From a virus (taxonomy: Duplodnaviria > Caudoviricetes): a stretch of 64,000 nt of DNA. Numbering within the stretch: position 1 is the first letter of the stretch; each line of letters opens with the position of its first letter. Location: positions 32,001 through 96,000 of the IMG/VR virus record IMGVR_UViG_3300025389_001023; one strand, given 5' to 3'. The notes below the pieces were generated by a model that ran no database searches, was not told the origin of the DNA, and saw only the letters and a list, made by a program, of their open reading frames with translations. Below are positions 28,342 to 38,195 of this stretch, piece by piece. A program made the translations under genes and the position numbers.

Positions 28342-28808
28342 TTTGGTTTTTTACTGTGTTCTGCATCATAAACACGTTTACGCAAATTAGTGCTACTAAA
28401 ACTATGGTCACGACCGTTAAACACAATCTCAATACCACGTTTCCAACATGCCTCATCACCTGTAAATTGTTTACCTTCATACTCTACACCTAAAACACGA
28501 ACATCAATTGGTAAGGTTAATAGAATGTCAATTAGGTCTTGCTCAGTTGAATACACAACAACTTCATCAACATAACGGCATGCTGCCAATTGAATTTGTC
28601 GTTCAACAATACTTTGAATAGGTTTGTTCTTAGTATCTGGTCTGTCAATAGTAGGGTCAGTTTGTAATCCTGCAATTAAATAATCACAATGATTCTTAGC
28701 GTCACTAAGCATTGCAACATGTCCTGCATGTAACATATCAAAGGTACTAAATGTAATACCTATTTTTTTACCATCTTGTTTAAGTTTACGAATGTGATTG
28801 AAAATCAT
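28338..28808 (-). CDS. tagD: Cytidylyltransferase (TagD-like)
   Basis: TFDMLHAGH, RYVDEV, SFSSTNLR. Confidence 0.85.
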   Translation of the reverse strand: MIFNHIRKLKQDGKKIGITFSTFDMLHAGHVAMLSDAKNHCDYLIAGLQTDPTIDRPDTKNKPIQSIVERQIQLAACRYVDEVVVYSTEQDLIDILLTLPIDVRVLGVEYEGKQFTGDEACWKRGIEIVFNGRDHSFSSTNLRKRVYDAEHSKKPK

Positions 28809-29038
28809 TTTTTTAATATCCTTATAATTTTTTCTTGTTCCTGCTCTTTAAGCCACTGTTCTTCACCACTGTATGTAGATGACTTATTTAAGGCTTCATC
28901 AACCATCCATTTTATTTTATACAGTTCTTGTTTGCAGTCCCATGCAATATAACTATCAGTATATATATCAAGTAATTCCCCGCACATGGCTTGTACTTGA
29001 TTTGATACCTGTGGTCCCCAACGCCTCATATAACCCAT
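28805..29038 (-). CDS. Hypothetical protein
   Basis: Likely start MGYMRR; ATGA-coupled to the next gene. Confidence 0.55.
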   Translation of the reverse strand: MGYMRRWGPQVSNQVQAMCGELLDIYTDSYIAWDCKQELYKIKWMVDEALNKSSTYSGEEQWLKEQEQEKIIRILKK

Positions 29039-29209
29039 ATTAGCCTTGCAATCTATTTTTACAATCGCAATTGCGACCTTGGTTGCAGTCTCCTGTACAA
29101 GCTGAAGTATATGTTGCGTTATACGCATTAATGAATACTGCTTTTAGTACATTAATAAAAGGATAGCTAAAATAACCTAGTGCAAAACTACAAATAAGCC
29201 ATTCCATAA

Positions 29210-29887
29210 TTATTTACCCATTCGTGCAATACTTAAGAATTCACTACGTGCCGCGGCATCTGTTTTGAATCCACCACCTAAACGAACAGTAACTGTACTA
29301 CTACCTGTATCCTCAACACCACGTGACTTTACGCAATAATGTTGTGCATCAATCATTACTGCAACATCTTCAGTCTCCAGTATAAATTGGAGAGTGTGGA
29401 AGATTTGTTCGGTGAGTCGCTCTTGGATTTGAGGGCGCTTACTGAAATACTCAACAATACGGTTAATTTTTGATAATCCGAGGACTTTCTGTTTAGGCAC
29501 ATATGCCACAGTAGCGAGACCATCAATGACAACAAAGTGATGTTCGCAATTGCTTTGGACATTAACGTTGCGTTCAACGACCATTTCATTGTAACGCATC
29601 TTGTTATCGACAGTCGTACACTTTGGAAATGCATCATAATCTAATCCCCAGAAAATTTCGTTAACGTACATTTTAGCAACACGCTTGGGTGTTTCCATCA
29701 AGCTATCATCACTTAGGTCTAGACCTAATACTTGCATGATATGGCTAAAACTTTTTTCGATTTCTGCAATTTTGTCTTTACGATCCAATGCAGTTTGAAA
29801 TGTAGGAGTTTCTACTCCCATAGCTACCAAGTGCTGATGTACTTTTTGACCTAACTCAGGGTCGGTTTTCGTTTTGTTATATGACAT
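29210..29887 (-). CDS. folE: GTP cyclohydrolase I
   Basis: ETPKRVAKMY, CEHHF, GLSKINR, RPQIQERLT, HYCVKSRG. Confidence 0.96.
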   Translation of the reverse strand: MSYNKTKTDPELGQKVHQHLVAMGVETPTFQTALDRKDKIAEIEKSFSHIMQVLGLDLSDDSLMETPKRVAKMYVNEIFWGLDYDAFPKCTTVDNKMRYNEMVVERNVNVQSNCEHHFVVIDGLATVAYVPKQKVLGLSKINRIVEYFSKRPQIQERLTEQIFHTLQFILETEDVAVMIDAQHYCVKSRGVEDTGSSTVTVRLGGGFKTDAAARSEFLSIARMGK

Positions 29888-29959
29888 ATGTATCCTTCCT
29901 TACACGGATGTTATTTTTGAAAAGTATGCAACCTTTGTGTCGCATACTTTTATTTATCA

Positions 29960-30499
29960 TTATGGCTTTGTACCACTAGGAAAAGGCCAATTACTATCTA
30001 CTTCTGTTTTATCTGTTTCTTCATCAAGAAAAGGCCAGGCTGCAGGTTCATTTACTTTATCGTTAACGGTAAAAGTTGTTTCTATTGTTACTGAATCTTC
30101 TTCACCTTCAAACTCTTCACCAGTGTCTAGATTTACTAACTTAAGTGGACCTTGAAAAAAGTATTCTGTGTCATCTTGTGACCAGCCTTCTTCTTCAAGA
30201 CCTTCGTAATAGTTTTCGTCCCAAATTTCTTCAAGACGTTCTTGTTCTTCTTCGTCCATGTCATCAGGCCATTCCCACTCAGCCCAACACCCATCATCTA
30301 ATGATACCAACTCCCAATCACTATCTAACTCAAACTCATCAGGATTGTTTAAGTCAACATCAGGCATAGTGTCTGATTCTATAGTAAATGTGCCCCAGCG
30401 ATAACCTTCAGTACGAATGGCAACTTGACCATCCTTATACCAAAATGATTTCTCAATCGCAGATTTTTTATATAAAGTGGATAGTTCCCAAGTTGCCAT
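29960..30499 (-). CDS. Acidic hypothetical protein
   Basis: D/E-rich ORF with repeated WPF motifs near the C-terminus. Confidence 0.65.
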   Translation of the reverse strand: MATWELSTLYKKSAIEKSFWYKDGQVAIRTEGYRWGTFTIESDTMPDVDLNNPDEFELDSDWELVSLDDGCWAEWEWPDDMDEEEQERLEEIWDENYYEGLEEEGWSQDDTEYFFQGPLKLVNLDTGEEFEGEEDSVTIETTFTVNDKVNEPAAWPFLDEETDKTEVDSNWPFPSGTKP

Positions 30500-30501
30500 G
30501 A

Positions 30502-30696
30502 TTAATTGTCCAATTCTTTACTTAGATATTCATTGATAACATCAAACAATTGTTCTTGTGAAGTACAAAGAATTTTACAATTCTTCCAATCGTTGTCATC
30601 ATCACGACCACTAAACTCAACCATAAATCCGTTATCGTAACGATTAACGGTGAATGATTCATTTACTTTTTCTAACTTGTCTAATTGATTTGCCAT
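30502..30696 (-). CDS. Hypothetical protein
   Basis: AGGAG RBS; YDNGFMVE motif. Confidence 0.6.
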   Translation of the reverse strand: MANQLDKLEKVNESFTVNRYDNGFMVEFSGRDDDNDWKNCKILCTSQEQLFDVINEYLSKELDN

Positions 30697-30708
30697 TTCT
30701 ATCTCCTA

Positions 30709-31887
30709 TTAAAATTTGGCTTCACGTGTATACTTCCTATAATCGGTAGTCATGCGTAACATGTCTTCACCTTTCCCTTCAAGTATATCACAGATTCTAT
30801 CGATAGTGCTATCATTACGGGCACTAATCTTACCCATGTTAGGGTGTGGTTTACGAATAAGTTTTTCTAACTTACTTAATGCATCTTCTAAAGACCAGGG
30901 TACATAAAGACGCTCATTGTCATTAGCAAAAGTTTCGGGAAAACTTCTATAAGCAGGATAAAGAACATTACACCCAAGAGTATCTGCCTCCGATGCTGTG
31001 TTACTGACCCAGTCCTGTAAAGCGCAATTAAACAGCAGGCGAGTGTTGTTAAGAAGATTGTAATAATCATTTTTTTCTAGGTCCTCATAGATAGTTAATA
31101 GTCCACGTTCTTGCAAACTTCTGGTACGTGCCATATAACTATCATTGTTAGATTTTAGTTTACTACCACTAAAAATTGCAAACTCAAGTTTTTGTCCAGG
31201 ATGACGTTCGTGCCATAATTCAATCAAGTCCATATAGAAGTCAGGTTGTTTTTCCTGATCCCAACGTGCGGCAAAACCCACACGAAATGTGCGCTCATTA
31301 AATGGTCTTAATGGACCTTCTACACGACTGCGAACTTCATCTTTACCAAATGCCAATCCGCTGATATTGTAAATTGGAGACCTCCAACCTGCAATTTTCA
31401 TGTGCATTACCATTTCTTCGTTAGTAGCAAGTACACCGTCAACAAATGAATCAACCATTTTTTCATAGTGACCCATGAATTCACTCATACCCCATACATG
31501 TACAAAATCATCCGGATCGATTGATTGAGCAAGACAGCGGACATATATCCTAGGGCGCATATTAGCATCAATCTGATTAAGTATGTAAGGAAGACTTTCG
31601 ATTCCTGGCTGAAACATGTCTTCAAAATATATAACATCATCACTTGATAGTTCCCCTGCTTTCATCATTTTGATTAGATTCATTAGTTGCGACATACCGT
31701 AGTATGTACGACCATGTGCATCTAATACTTGCCCAGTAACGATTGCTTGGTCATTACTTAGTGTTTCGCCAGGGACAATAACATAGTCAATATCCCTACG
31801 TTCAAATACAGTACGATTCCACTCTTGTAATTGTAGAGTGTATCGTGCTTTATAAGGCTCAAGGCCCATGTAATATAATTTACGCAT
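30709..31887 (-). CDS. GT-B glycosyltransferase (phage DNA glucosyltransferase-like)
   Basis: FAARWDQEKQP, ALQDWVSNTASEA, YPAYRSFPE. Confidence 0.75.
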   Translation of the reverse strand: MRKLYYMGLEPYKARYTLQLQEWNRTVFERRDIDYVIVPGETLSNDQAIVTGQVLDAHGRTYYGMSQLMNLIKMMKAGELSSDDVIYFEDMFQPGIESLPYILNQIDANMRPRIYVRCLAQSIDPDDFVHVWGMSEFMGHYEKMVDSFVDGVLATNEEMVMHMKIAGWRSPIYNISGLAFGKDEVRSRVEGPLRPFNERTFRVGFAARWDQEKQPDFYMDLIELWHERHPGQKLEFAIFSGSKLKSNNDSYMARTRSLQERGLLTIYEDLEKNDYYNLLNNTRLLFNCALQDWVSNTASEADTLGCNVLYPAYRSFPETFANDNERLYVPWSLEDALSKLEKLIRKPHPNMGKISARNDSTIDRICDILEGKGEDMLRMTTDYRKYTREAKF

Positions 31888-32096
31888 TATGGTCTACGAT
31901 TCTCTTCCCACTGATTTTTTACAGGCTTGTCATTCATCAATTTAGTATATTGACGATAGACATAGCTACGTGGGCTATACAATTCAGCCTCGTTATAACG
32001 ATATCCGTACTCTACACAAAACTCTAGATATTTTTCTAGGTCGTTAAAGATTTGACGAACACGATTGTTGGAGTTAAATTGTTGTTGCTTTGCCAT
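31887..32096 (-). CDS. Hypothetical protein
   Basis: Coupled ORF. Confidence 0.6.
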   Translation of the reverse strand: MAKQQQFNSNNRVRQIFNDLEKYLEFCVEYGYRYNEAELYSPRSYVYRQYTKLMNDKPVKNQWEENRRP

Positions 32097-32107
32097 TATA
32101 ATTTCCT

Positions 32108-32563
32108 TTAAATGGATAGTTGTTGATAAGGTTTTGTTAAATTGTAATAAATTGTAGCACCGTTCTCACCGTCTTCTGAAACAGTAATCTCGATATTACG
32201 GTCGGGATATCTACTAGCAATGACTTCATAGAGGTCATCACTAATCATTTCACAACTTTTGTAATTCAACTCTAAGATGCCTTGAGAGTATTGATTCTCA
32301 AGCCAACGTTTAAATTGAATAAACTCAATATCCCTGTCGTTGTGAAATACTTCAATCGCCACATTAAAGTGAAAGATGTGACGATGTGGAGTTCCTAAAA
32401 AGCTAACATCATACTCATCACCTGTTGCAAGTGCTGGGTCTGTTGCCGCCGCTGGATAGCAATGAATGCCTTCCTTTTGAAAAGTTACAAAAATCATACG
32501 CTTTGCTTCCTGTGCAATACGTTGACGTTTTTCAAATAATGCTAGTTGTACTTGGCTATCCAT
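32108..32563 (-). CDS. Second T-fold QueD-like protein (candidate DpdL-type CDG decarboxylase)
   Basis: EGIH.YP, HRHIFHF, HNDRDIEFI, SCEM, VSEDGENG; located next to dpdA. Confidence 0.6.
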   Translation of the reverse strand: MDSQVQLALFEKRQRIAQEAKRMIFVTFQKEGIHCYPAAATDPALATGDEYDVSFLGTPHRHIFHFNVAIEVFHNDRDIEFIQFKRWLENQYSQGILELNYKSCEMISDDLYEVIASRYPDRNIEITVSEDGENGATIYYNLTKPYQQLSI

Positions 32564-32564
32564 T

Positions 32565-32744
32565 TTAATAATCCCTATCTAAGTCTATTGATTCATGGTC
32601 ATGTTCCCATTGAAGTTTACGCACACGTGATAATTCTTTCTGATATTTGACTTTTTCATCAACTAAAGATGTATCACCTTTCTCCATACGTTCTTCAATC
32701 AAACGTAAACTATCTTCTAAAAATGCAATTCGTTGTGAATACAT
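32565..32744 (-). CDS. Small coiled-coil protein (59 aa)
   Basis: Manual translation MYSQRIAFLEDSLRLIEERM...; AGGAG RBS. Confidence 0.5.
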   Translation of the reverse strand: MYSQRIAFLEDSLRLIEERMEKGDTSLVDEKVKYQKELSRVRKLQWEHDHESIDLDRDY

Positions 32745-32745
32745 A

Positions 32746-34299
32746 TCAATCTCCTAAAACTTCTAACATAATATCATCACTATCTTCAATAGTTTCTTCA
32801 ACCTCAGATTGATTTTTAACTTCAAATAACTGGTCAAACATAGTCATAGCATTAACTGTTTTTTTACCACTAATACCTTGACTGCCACTTTGAAATTGTT
32901 TCCAATAGTTACTATGATAGTCAATCAAATCTAATGACTCCTGTTTAGTTTTCTTTGAAAAAATCTCATCAACCAAATCTGTAAAGAACCTATCACCTTC
33001 AAATTTATGTACAATCATTTTGGGAACAACGCCTTGTTCATATCTACGATTAGCCTCTTGTACTGCACTAATGTGCTGGTATACGTTATGACTTTGCAAT
33101 AGAGTGTAACTTAATGTGTCCCAACTTGTCTTAGTTTCTTTGCCGTGCTGACCAATAAAACCTTGACCACGATAACATAAATCTTTCATAAGCATTATAT
33201 CAGTTACAGGACTATCTGTAAACAACTTATGGATACCGTCTTGCAAAACACCATCTCTAAACTTGCGTGTGTCATTTGCATAACTTTTTTTCTCAGCGGT
33301 CTTTTCCATACTGTATGACCATTTTTTGTCATGTTCAATACTGTTATTGAAATATGCAAGACCTTTAGCCGCACTAAAGAATGGGCTTGCACAGTCAAAT
33401 GTAATTTGAAGTTTTGGGTTATGATACTTACGTACAGCTTTTTGAATATCAGTAAACAATACTGCATACTCTAAAATACTTGTACCCAAACAATGAATCA
33501 AGTCATGCTTACCTTCTTGCAGTAAACCATCGTGAATAATACCAACCAACCTCTTTAGCATCAAGTGAATGTCAATCTTGTTTTGTCCACCAAATGCCCA
33601 ACCATTGAAATGATTGTCTGGATAGATATTTGGGTCACAATACTTTTTCATTTCCTCATACCAATCGTTACTTTGAGTATGATTGCGACCTTGCAATACA
33701 TTTAAAAATTTGCAGTTGCCGTTACGATTATTAATAAAATACTCATTATTAATATGTGTAGCGGCTATAGCCTCTTCAATAGTACTGATACCGTGGGCAC
33801 TAGTTCCTGTTTTTGGGTCTTTGATGTGAAATGTAGTTAATGATTGTGAAGGAATATCTAAACACATACCATAGTCCATGTATGTGTCCATCCAGTTCAA
33901 TACAGCCTTGCGCTTTTTCATGGCACGAGGACAGTTGGGATCCTTCCAGTCAGCAGGCCATTGACACTTAAGAATCTGAAACCCACCACTATCACCTAAC
34001 ATGAAAGTACCTTGTTCACGTTTGCGAATGATACTTTCGTTATGGTCATCAACTGTTGTATCTAAATTAGCATGACCAGCAGAGTATAGTCCCCACTTAT
34101 AATAGTATAGACCTTCTTTGCTATTAAGAAAGTTTAGTTTTTCAACATCACCATTAAATCCCGCGGGGATACGTGACTGTTCAAAATAATTTTCACCCTC
34201 ACGTTGCTTACCTAAGCCAGCAATATAAAAACTACTGACTGCAGGTAAGAACAATGCCCAATCGTTACTGTGTGCCGCCGATAAATTAATTTGTTCCAA
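32746..34299 (-). CDS. dpdA: TGT-fold guanine transglycosylase, DpdA-like (inserts 7-deazaguanine into DNA)
   Basis: GDSGGFQ, CLDIP, LNVLQG, GWAFGG, HCLG, TFDCASP; clustered with folE, queD and queE. Confidence 0.8.
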   Translation of the reverse strand: MEQINLSAAHSNDWALFLPAVSSFYIAGLGKQREGENYFEQSRIPAGFNGDVEKLNFLNSKEGLYYYKWGLYSAGHANLDTTVDDHNESIIRKREQGTFMLGDSGGFQILKCQWPADWKDPNCPRAMKKRKAVLNWMDTYMDYGMCLDIPSQSLTTFHIKDPKTGTSAHGISTIEEAIAATHINNEYFINNRNGNCKFLNVLQGRNHTQSNDWYEEMKKYCDPNIYPDNHFNGWAFGGQNKIDIHLMLKRLVGIIHDGLLQEGKHDLIHCLGTSILEYAVLFTDIQKAVRKYHNPKLQITFDCASPFFSAAKGLAYFNNSIEHDKKWSYSMEKTAEKKSYANDTRKFRDGVLQDGIHKLFTDSPVTDIMLMKDLCYRGQGFIGQHGKETKTSWDTLSYTLLQSHNVYQHISAVQEANRRYEQGVVPKMIVHKFEGDRFFTDLVDEIFSKKTKQESLDLIDYHSNYWKQFQSGSQGISGKKTVNAMTMFDQLFEVKNQSEVEETIEDSDDIMLEVLGD

Positions 34300-34669
34300 T
34301 TTTTTCTTCTTCTTTAATTAAGATTTTAACCATGTCAATTTTATTTTTATAGTTAGCTATATCATTATTCATTTGACTAACGATATCTTTGATAGTAGGA
34401 TGCTTTTCACATAAACTTGCTAGTTCATTTTCTTCTTGCATCTTTTTCTCAGCCCACTTAAGTATAGTAATAGCATTTGCTGATAGATTAACTTGGGCAC
34501 TACCCCCACCAACAGTCATCCAACTACTACCATCAAAGACTTTCATACTTTGACTAGGACCATCAAATGCCATCATGCCAGTAATGGGATTAGTAGTATT
34601 GATATAAGGAGTCGCCCCCTTATTACTAGTCACTTGCATGAACTCGCCACCGTATACGTAGTCAATCAT
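34286..34669 (-). CDS. Hypothetical protein
   Basis: MKVFDGSSW; KWAEKKM.EE...HP motif. Confidence 0.6.
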   Translation of the reverse strand: MIDYVYGGEFMQVTSNKGATPYINTTNPITGMMAFDGPSQSMKVFDGSSWMTVGGGSAQVNLSANAITILKWAEKKMQEENELASLCEKHPTIKDIVSQMNNDIANYKNKIDMVKILIKEEEKIGTN

Positions 34670-35397
34670 TTTGTATTTGCTGGAAGTAAATAAGTATAAA
34701 CTGCAAGACCACTGTCAACTACAATCTCAGTTACACCTGCATCACTAATGCGTACAGTTTTGTCGCCAACTAAATCTAAGATACTAATAAATTGTTTTAC
34801 GGGCCATAACCATGGTTTACTTAGCGTACCTGTGACACCTGGATGAAACACAAAGTTACCACTATGTGTGCTTGGATCACCAAAGTAAATCTTTAAGTCA
34901 CCGTTTTCAGTTTTAGCAAGAAAGTTTTCTTCTTCAGTATTAGCCTGTTGTTGTTTTTTCAAACGCAAGATATTTGTAACCATTGGTTGAAACTCTACGT
35001 TCCATGTAGTACCTTTAAAAGCTACATCTTTAACCTTCTCTAATACTACACTTTTAAGCATTAAACGATAGTCATTTACAAAGTCACCTGTATTTGTTTC
35101 AAAGTGAATTGTACTAGGAATGTCTTCGTTGTTTTTGTTGGTGCGAGTAACATTAATAATACTTGTATTATCATATTCCTCAAAACCAATAATAGTTTTT
35201 AACTTACCTAAGTTAGGCATACCAAACACACCAATAAAGTCAGCAATAGGACCCTTAAACGTACCACTGATGATAACGTTTTTGTTCTCAGTCATTGCAT
35301 TGATTTTAGTTTCAGTATCAGTACCTGTAACTTTAATAAGTTCAATGTCACCTAGACCATATGTATGGTCAATTAAATCTTTTAAATAATCTTTCAT
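34666..35397 (-). CDS. Probable DNA polymerase sliding clamp (gp45-like)
   Basis: About 240 aa, beta-rich, ends YTYLLPA, adjacent to the DNA polymerase. Confidence 0.5.
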   Translation of the reverse strand: MKDYLKDLIDHTYGLGDIELIKVTGTDTETKINAMTENKNVIISGTFKGPIADFIGVFGMPNLGKLKTIIGFEEYDNTSIINVTRTNKNNEDIPSTIHFETNTGDFVNDYRLMLKSVVLEKVKDVAFKGTTWNVEFQPMVTNILRLKKQQQANTEEENFLAKTENGDLKIYFGDPSTHSGNFVFHPGVTGTLSKPWLWPVKQFISILDLVGDKTVRISDAGVTEIVVDSGLAVYTYLLPANTK

Positions 35398-35443
35398 GTT
35401 TTTCCTTTAAGTATACTACTTTATTTAGGTAGTTATTATGTGT

Positions 35444-35472
35444 ATTATGATGGAATATATTACACAAGTCAA
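35444..35472 (-). promoter_or_regulatory. Sigma70-type promoter
   Basis: TTGACT-N17-CATAAT, plus CTAAATA further downstream. Confidence 0.65.
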
Positions 35473-35480
35473 GTATCAAT

Positions 35481-38195
35481 TTAACCAAACGTAAATAAAT
35501 CATCAAATGTTGATTTTGTGTTTGTACTGGAACGCAAGTCCCAATCTAACACGCCTAACAAATTATCAATCTTTTCATCGACCAATGTTTTTTCCATTTC
35601 ATCATCATCAAATGGTAATTCTGTGAACCATGCAGGAAGTCTTAACTCATCTGTTGGATAAGCAATACTCGTAAAGCCAAGTGCGTTGGGTTTAAGTTTA
35701 CAAACAATAACCTTCATACCATCAACAATTTTTTGACTATACTGGTCACTATTGACTCTACGTAAATAATTATAGTTCAGTGCCGCACGAACATGACCGG
35801 GCATGTTTTCACGACCTTTTTTACTATTGGCTTCCTTTTCACCATACATGGTTAGTTTGTTGACTGATTTAGGACTACCTTTCGTCCATGCTGGACGCAT
35901 AGATAATTCACGTTTAAACTTCTTAACAAGTTCAATAACTTCGTCACGACCTTTACCTTGTTGTATAACCATAGCCAGTACGTCCATTAAGAATTCCTGA
36001 ACATATTTAGGCGTATCAGCACGTTTCAAGTCAAGACCCATAGCTTTGATATCGCCTTGCTTACCGTCTTTGTCTTTACGCTTACCCTCTTTATCAAAGA
36101 TATTGATAGCATAACGTTTTTTTGTAATAAAGATGCTACGATCACCGATCAACTCACGACCAGCTTTGATAATTTCACCATTCTTACGTGGTGCATGAAA
36201 TGCACGTTCCATAAATGCAGGAAAACTAGCATTAGCCTCGTCAGCAATACTATCATATAAACCAATACAGGTTTCTTTATCCCAAGTTAATTCACCACTT
36301 GCTATTTGTTCTTTAAGCGATGGAAACGCAGTAAAATAACAGCTATCAGTATCACCGTAAACAATTGCTTCTCCTTCATGTGTGTATTCGCCAGTCACAG
36401 TTTGATTGATTTGGCTCATCATGTGACGAACGATTTGGCGACCACTTAATGTAACACTTTGTCCTATGCGTTTATCATAGAAACGGCAATGTTCATTCAA
36501 TAGTGCGCCATATGCAGAGTTAAGCAAAATCTTACGAACCAGTTGTCTTTTGTCCCAGTATTCTCTATCGTCACTGGTCGTTGCCTCTTTGAGTTTTTTC
36601 TGCATTGCTTTTCTATCACTATACCAGCGTGTTAATAAGCCAGGTACAATACCCTCTTTTTCATTGGTAAAAATTGTACCGTTCGCACTCAACATCCATG
36701 GTCTATGACTGTCAAAAATCATTTTCCATATCTCAGCCGCACTATATTCTTCGCTACGACCATCTTCATAGTCAATAATCAATGTAGTGCCACGTTCTTG
36801 GTTCATAATAGCAGTATATTCTAAACAGCCAAATAAACCTTCCCACAAGATAGCACCACCCACCTCATCATCACCGTCTTTATATCTTTTCTTTTCTTGG
36901 GCTAATCGTAAACCCTTTTCTTTCATGTATTGGGCTGTAAGAGTTTGCCTAACTTGACCGACGATTGTTTCTCCTGCCATGTTGAGGGCCCTAATAACCG
37001 AGGGATAGAGCGAGTTGATATCGACTGCACCGACCCATTCATGCATTCCTCTTTTGGGCGTAGCAACATAGGCACCTGCCGCTTGTTGTTCATCTTCATG
37101 TTCACTTCTCCTTTTTTTGTCTGGAACTACTAAACCTCGTTCGTGTGCCTCATTGAAAATTGCCATTTCAATCATAGCTACACTACCCATTACTGTTGGC
37201 AGTAATACTGTATTCTCATGCGCTAATTGATTAGCCAGTTCTAAGAATTTAAGTTTATTGTGAATTTTAACTAACAACATAGTATCCTGACGATTGTATT
37301 CAACAAATGTTTTGAAGTCTTTGTTATACAATTGGTCAAGAGTACCTTCGTATTGTGTCTTGTTTTCTCCTACTTCCATTTCACCAATAGCATCTAGTTT
37401 ATAGCTATGGCGACTTTCGTAGTTGTACTTCTTGTAGAGTTGTAGATAGTCCATGTGAATGCGACCAACTAAATCATACGTTTGTTCTTCTTTACCAAAA
37501 CGTTCGTATGCACGTGGTTTGGGAAGTTGTCCCAATAAACAAAACTTACGTGTATCGTCTTTACTCATCACACGTGTAACACGATTGACCATGTAAGGTA
37601 TATCATAGCCTTCTGAATTCCAACCAGTCAACACATCAGCATCTTCAATCAACTGAAAAAATGTATCAAACATGTCTTTTTCGTTATTGAAAATAATAGT
37701 GTTTTCAAATTGACTTACAGTTTCTTGTGCAGTTTCACTACTCATGCTCTTTGGCGGAATAACTAATGTTACCAACAAGTCTTGCCAATCCAAATACATA
37801 CTGATAGCAGTTACTGGATTAAATGGATCGCTTGTAGGACTAAAACCCTTTTCAGGATCAAAGTCTACTTCAATGTCAAAAAAACATGTGTGTAGTTTGG
37901 GCGCATCTACTTTAAGATAGTTTTCGCTTAGACAACGAAACACTACATTAACGTCACTTTCAAAGAGTGGTTTATTTGAATGAATGCGTTTTTCTTTTTC
38001 AAACTCTTGGCGTTTTCTAGTACTAAAACGTGATAAGGGATCTCCATAGATGCTACGGTATTTACCCTTGTTGTCGGGATAATAAAATACATAATTAGCA
38101 GGATACTCGTTGTAGTAACGTTTACCGTCACTACCACGTTCAACTACGAAAATTCTATCGTTATCCCTGCTATGTATCGCATCCACATAACTCAA
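35481..38195 (-). CDS. polB: Family B DNA polymerase (gp43-like)
   Basis: ExoI FDIE, ExoII GWNSEGYD, DINSLYPS, KILLNSAYG, YGDTDS, KKRY. Confidence 0.97.
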   Translation of the reverse strand: MSYVDAIHSRDNDRIFVVERGSDGKRYYNEYPANYVFYYPDNKGKYRSIYGDPLSRFSTRKRQEFEKEKRIHSNKPLFESDVNVVFRCLSENYLKVDAPKLHTCFFDIEVDFDPEKGFSPTSDPFNPVTAISMYLDWQDLLVTLVIPPKSMSSETAQETVSQFENTIIFNNEKDMFDTFFQLIEDADVLTGWNSEGYDIPYMVNRVTRVMSKDDTRKFCLLGQLPKPRAYERFGKEEQTYDLVGRIHMDYLQLYKKYNYESRHSYKLDAIGEMEVGENKTQYEGTLDQLYNKDFKTFVEYNRQDTMLLVKIHNKLKFLELANQLAHENTVLLPTVMGSVAMIEMAIFNEAHERGLVVPDKKRRSEHEDEQQAAGAYVATPKRGMHEWVGAVDINSLYPSVIRALNMAGETIVGQVRQTLTAQYMKEKGLRLAQEKKRYKDGDDEVGGAILWEGLFGCLEYTAIMNQERGTTLIIDYEDGRSEEYSAAEIWKMIFDSHRPWMLSANGTIFTNEKEGIVPGLLTRWYSDRKAMQKKLKEATTSDDREYWDKRQLVRKILLNSAYGALLNEHCRFYDKRIGQSVTLSGRQIVRHMMSQINQTVTGEYTHEGEAIVYGDTDSCYFTAFPSLKEQIASGELTWDKETCIGLYDSIADEANASFPAFMERAFHAPRKNGEIIKAGRELIGDRSIFITKKRYAINIFDKEGKRKDKDGKQGDIKAMGLDLKRADTPKYVQEFLMDVLAMVIQQGKGRDEVIELVKKFKRELSMRPAWTKGSPKSVNKLTMYGEKEANSKKGRENMPGHVRAALNYNYLRRVNSDQYSQKIVDGMKVIVCKLKPNALGFTSIAYPTDELRLPAWFTELPFDDDEMEKTLVDEKIDNLLGVLDWDLRSSTNTKSTFDDLFTFG

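Noticed and set aside
32746-34299. Canonical tRNA-guanine transglycosylase (tgt) for queuosine
   Set aside because: It lacks the C-terminal CxCxxC zinc site of bacterial Tgt, no queA is seen, and the context beside replication genes favours a DNA-acting DpdA. This is not experimentally excluded.
35481-38195. Intein or intron in the DNA polymerase
   Set aside because: It is a continuous 904-aa ORF with all motifs in order and no intein splice or homing-endonuclease motifs.
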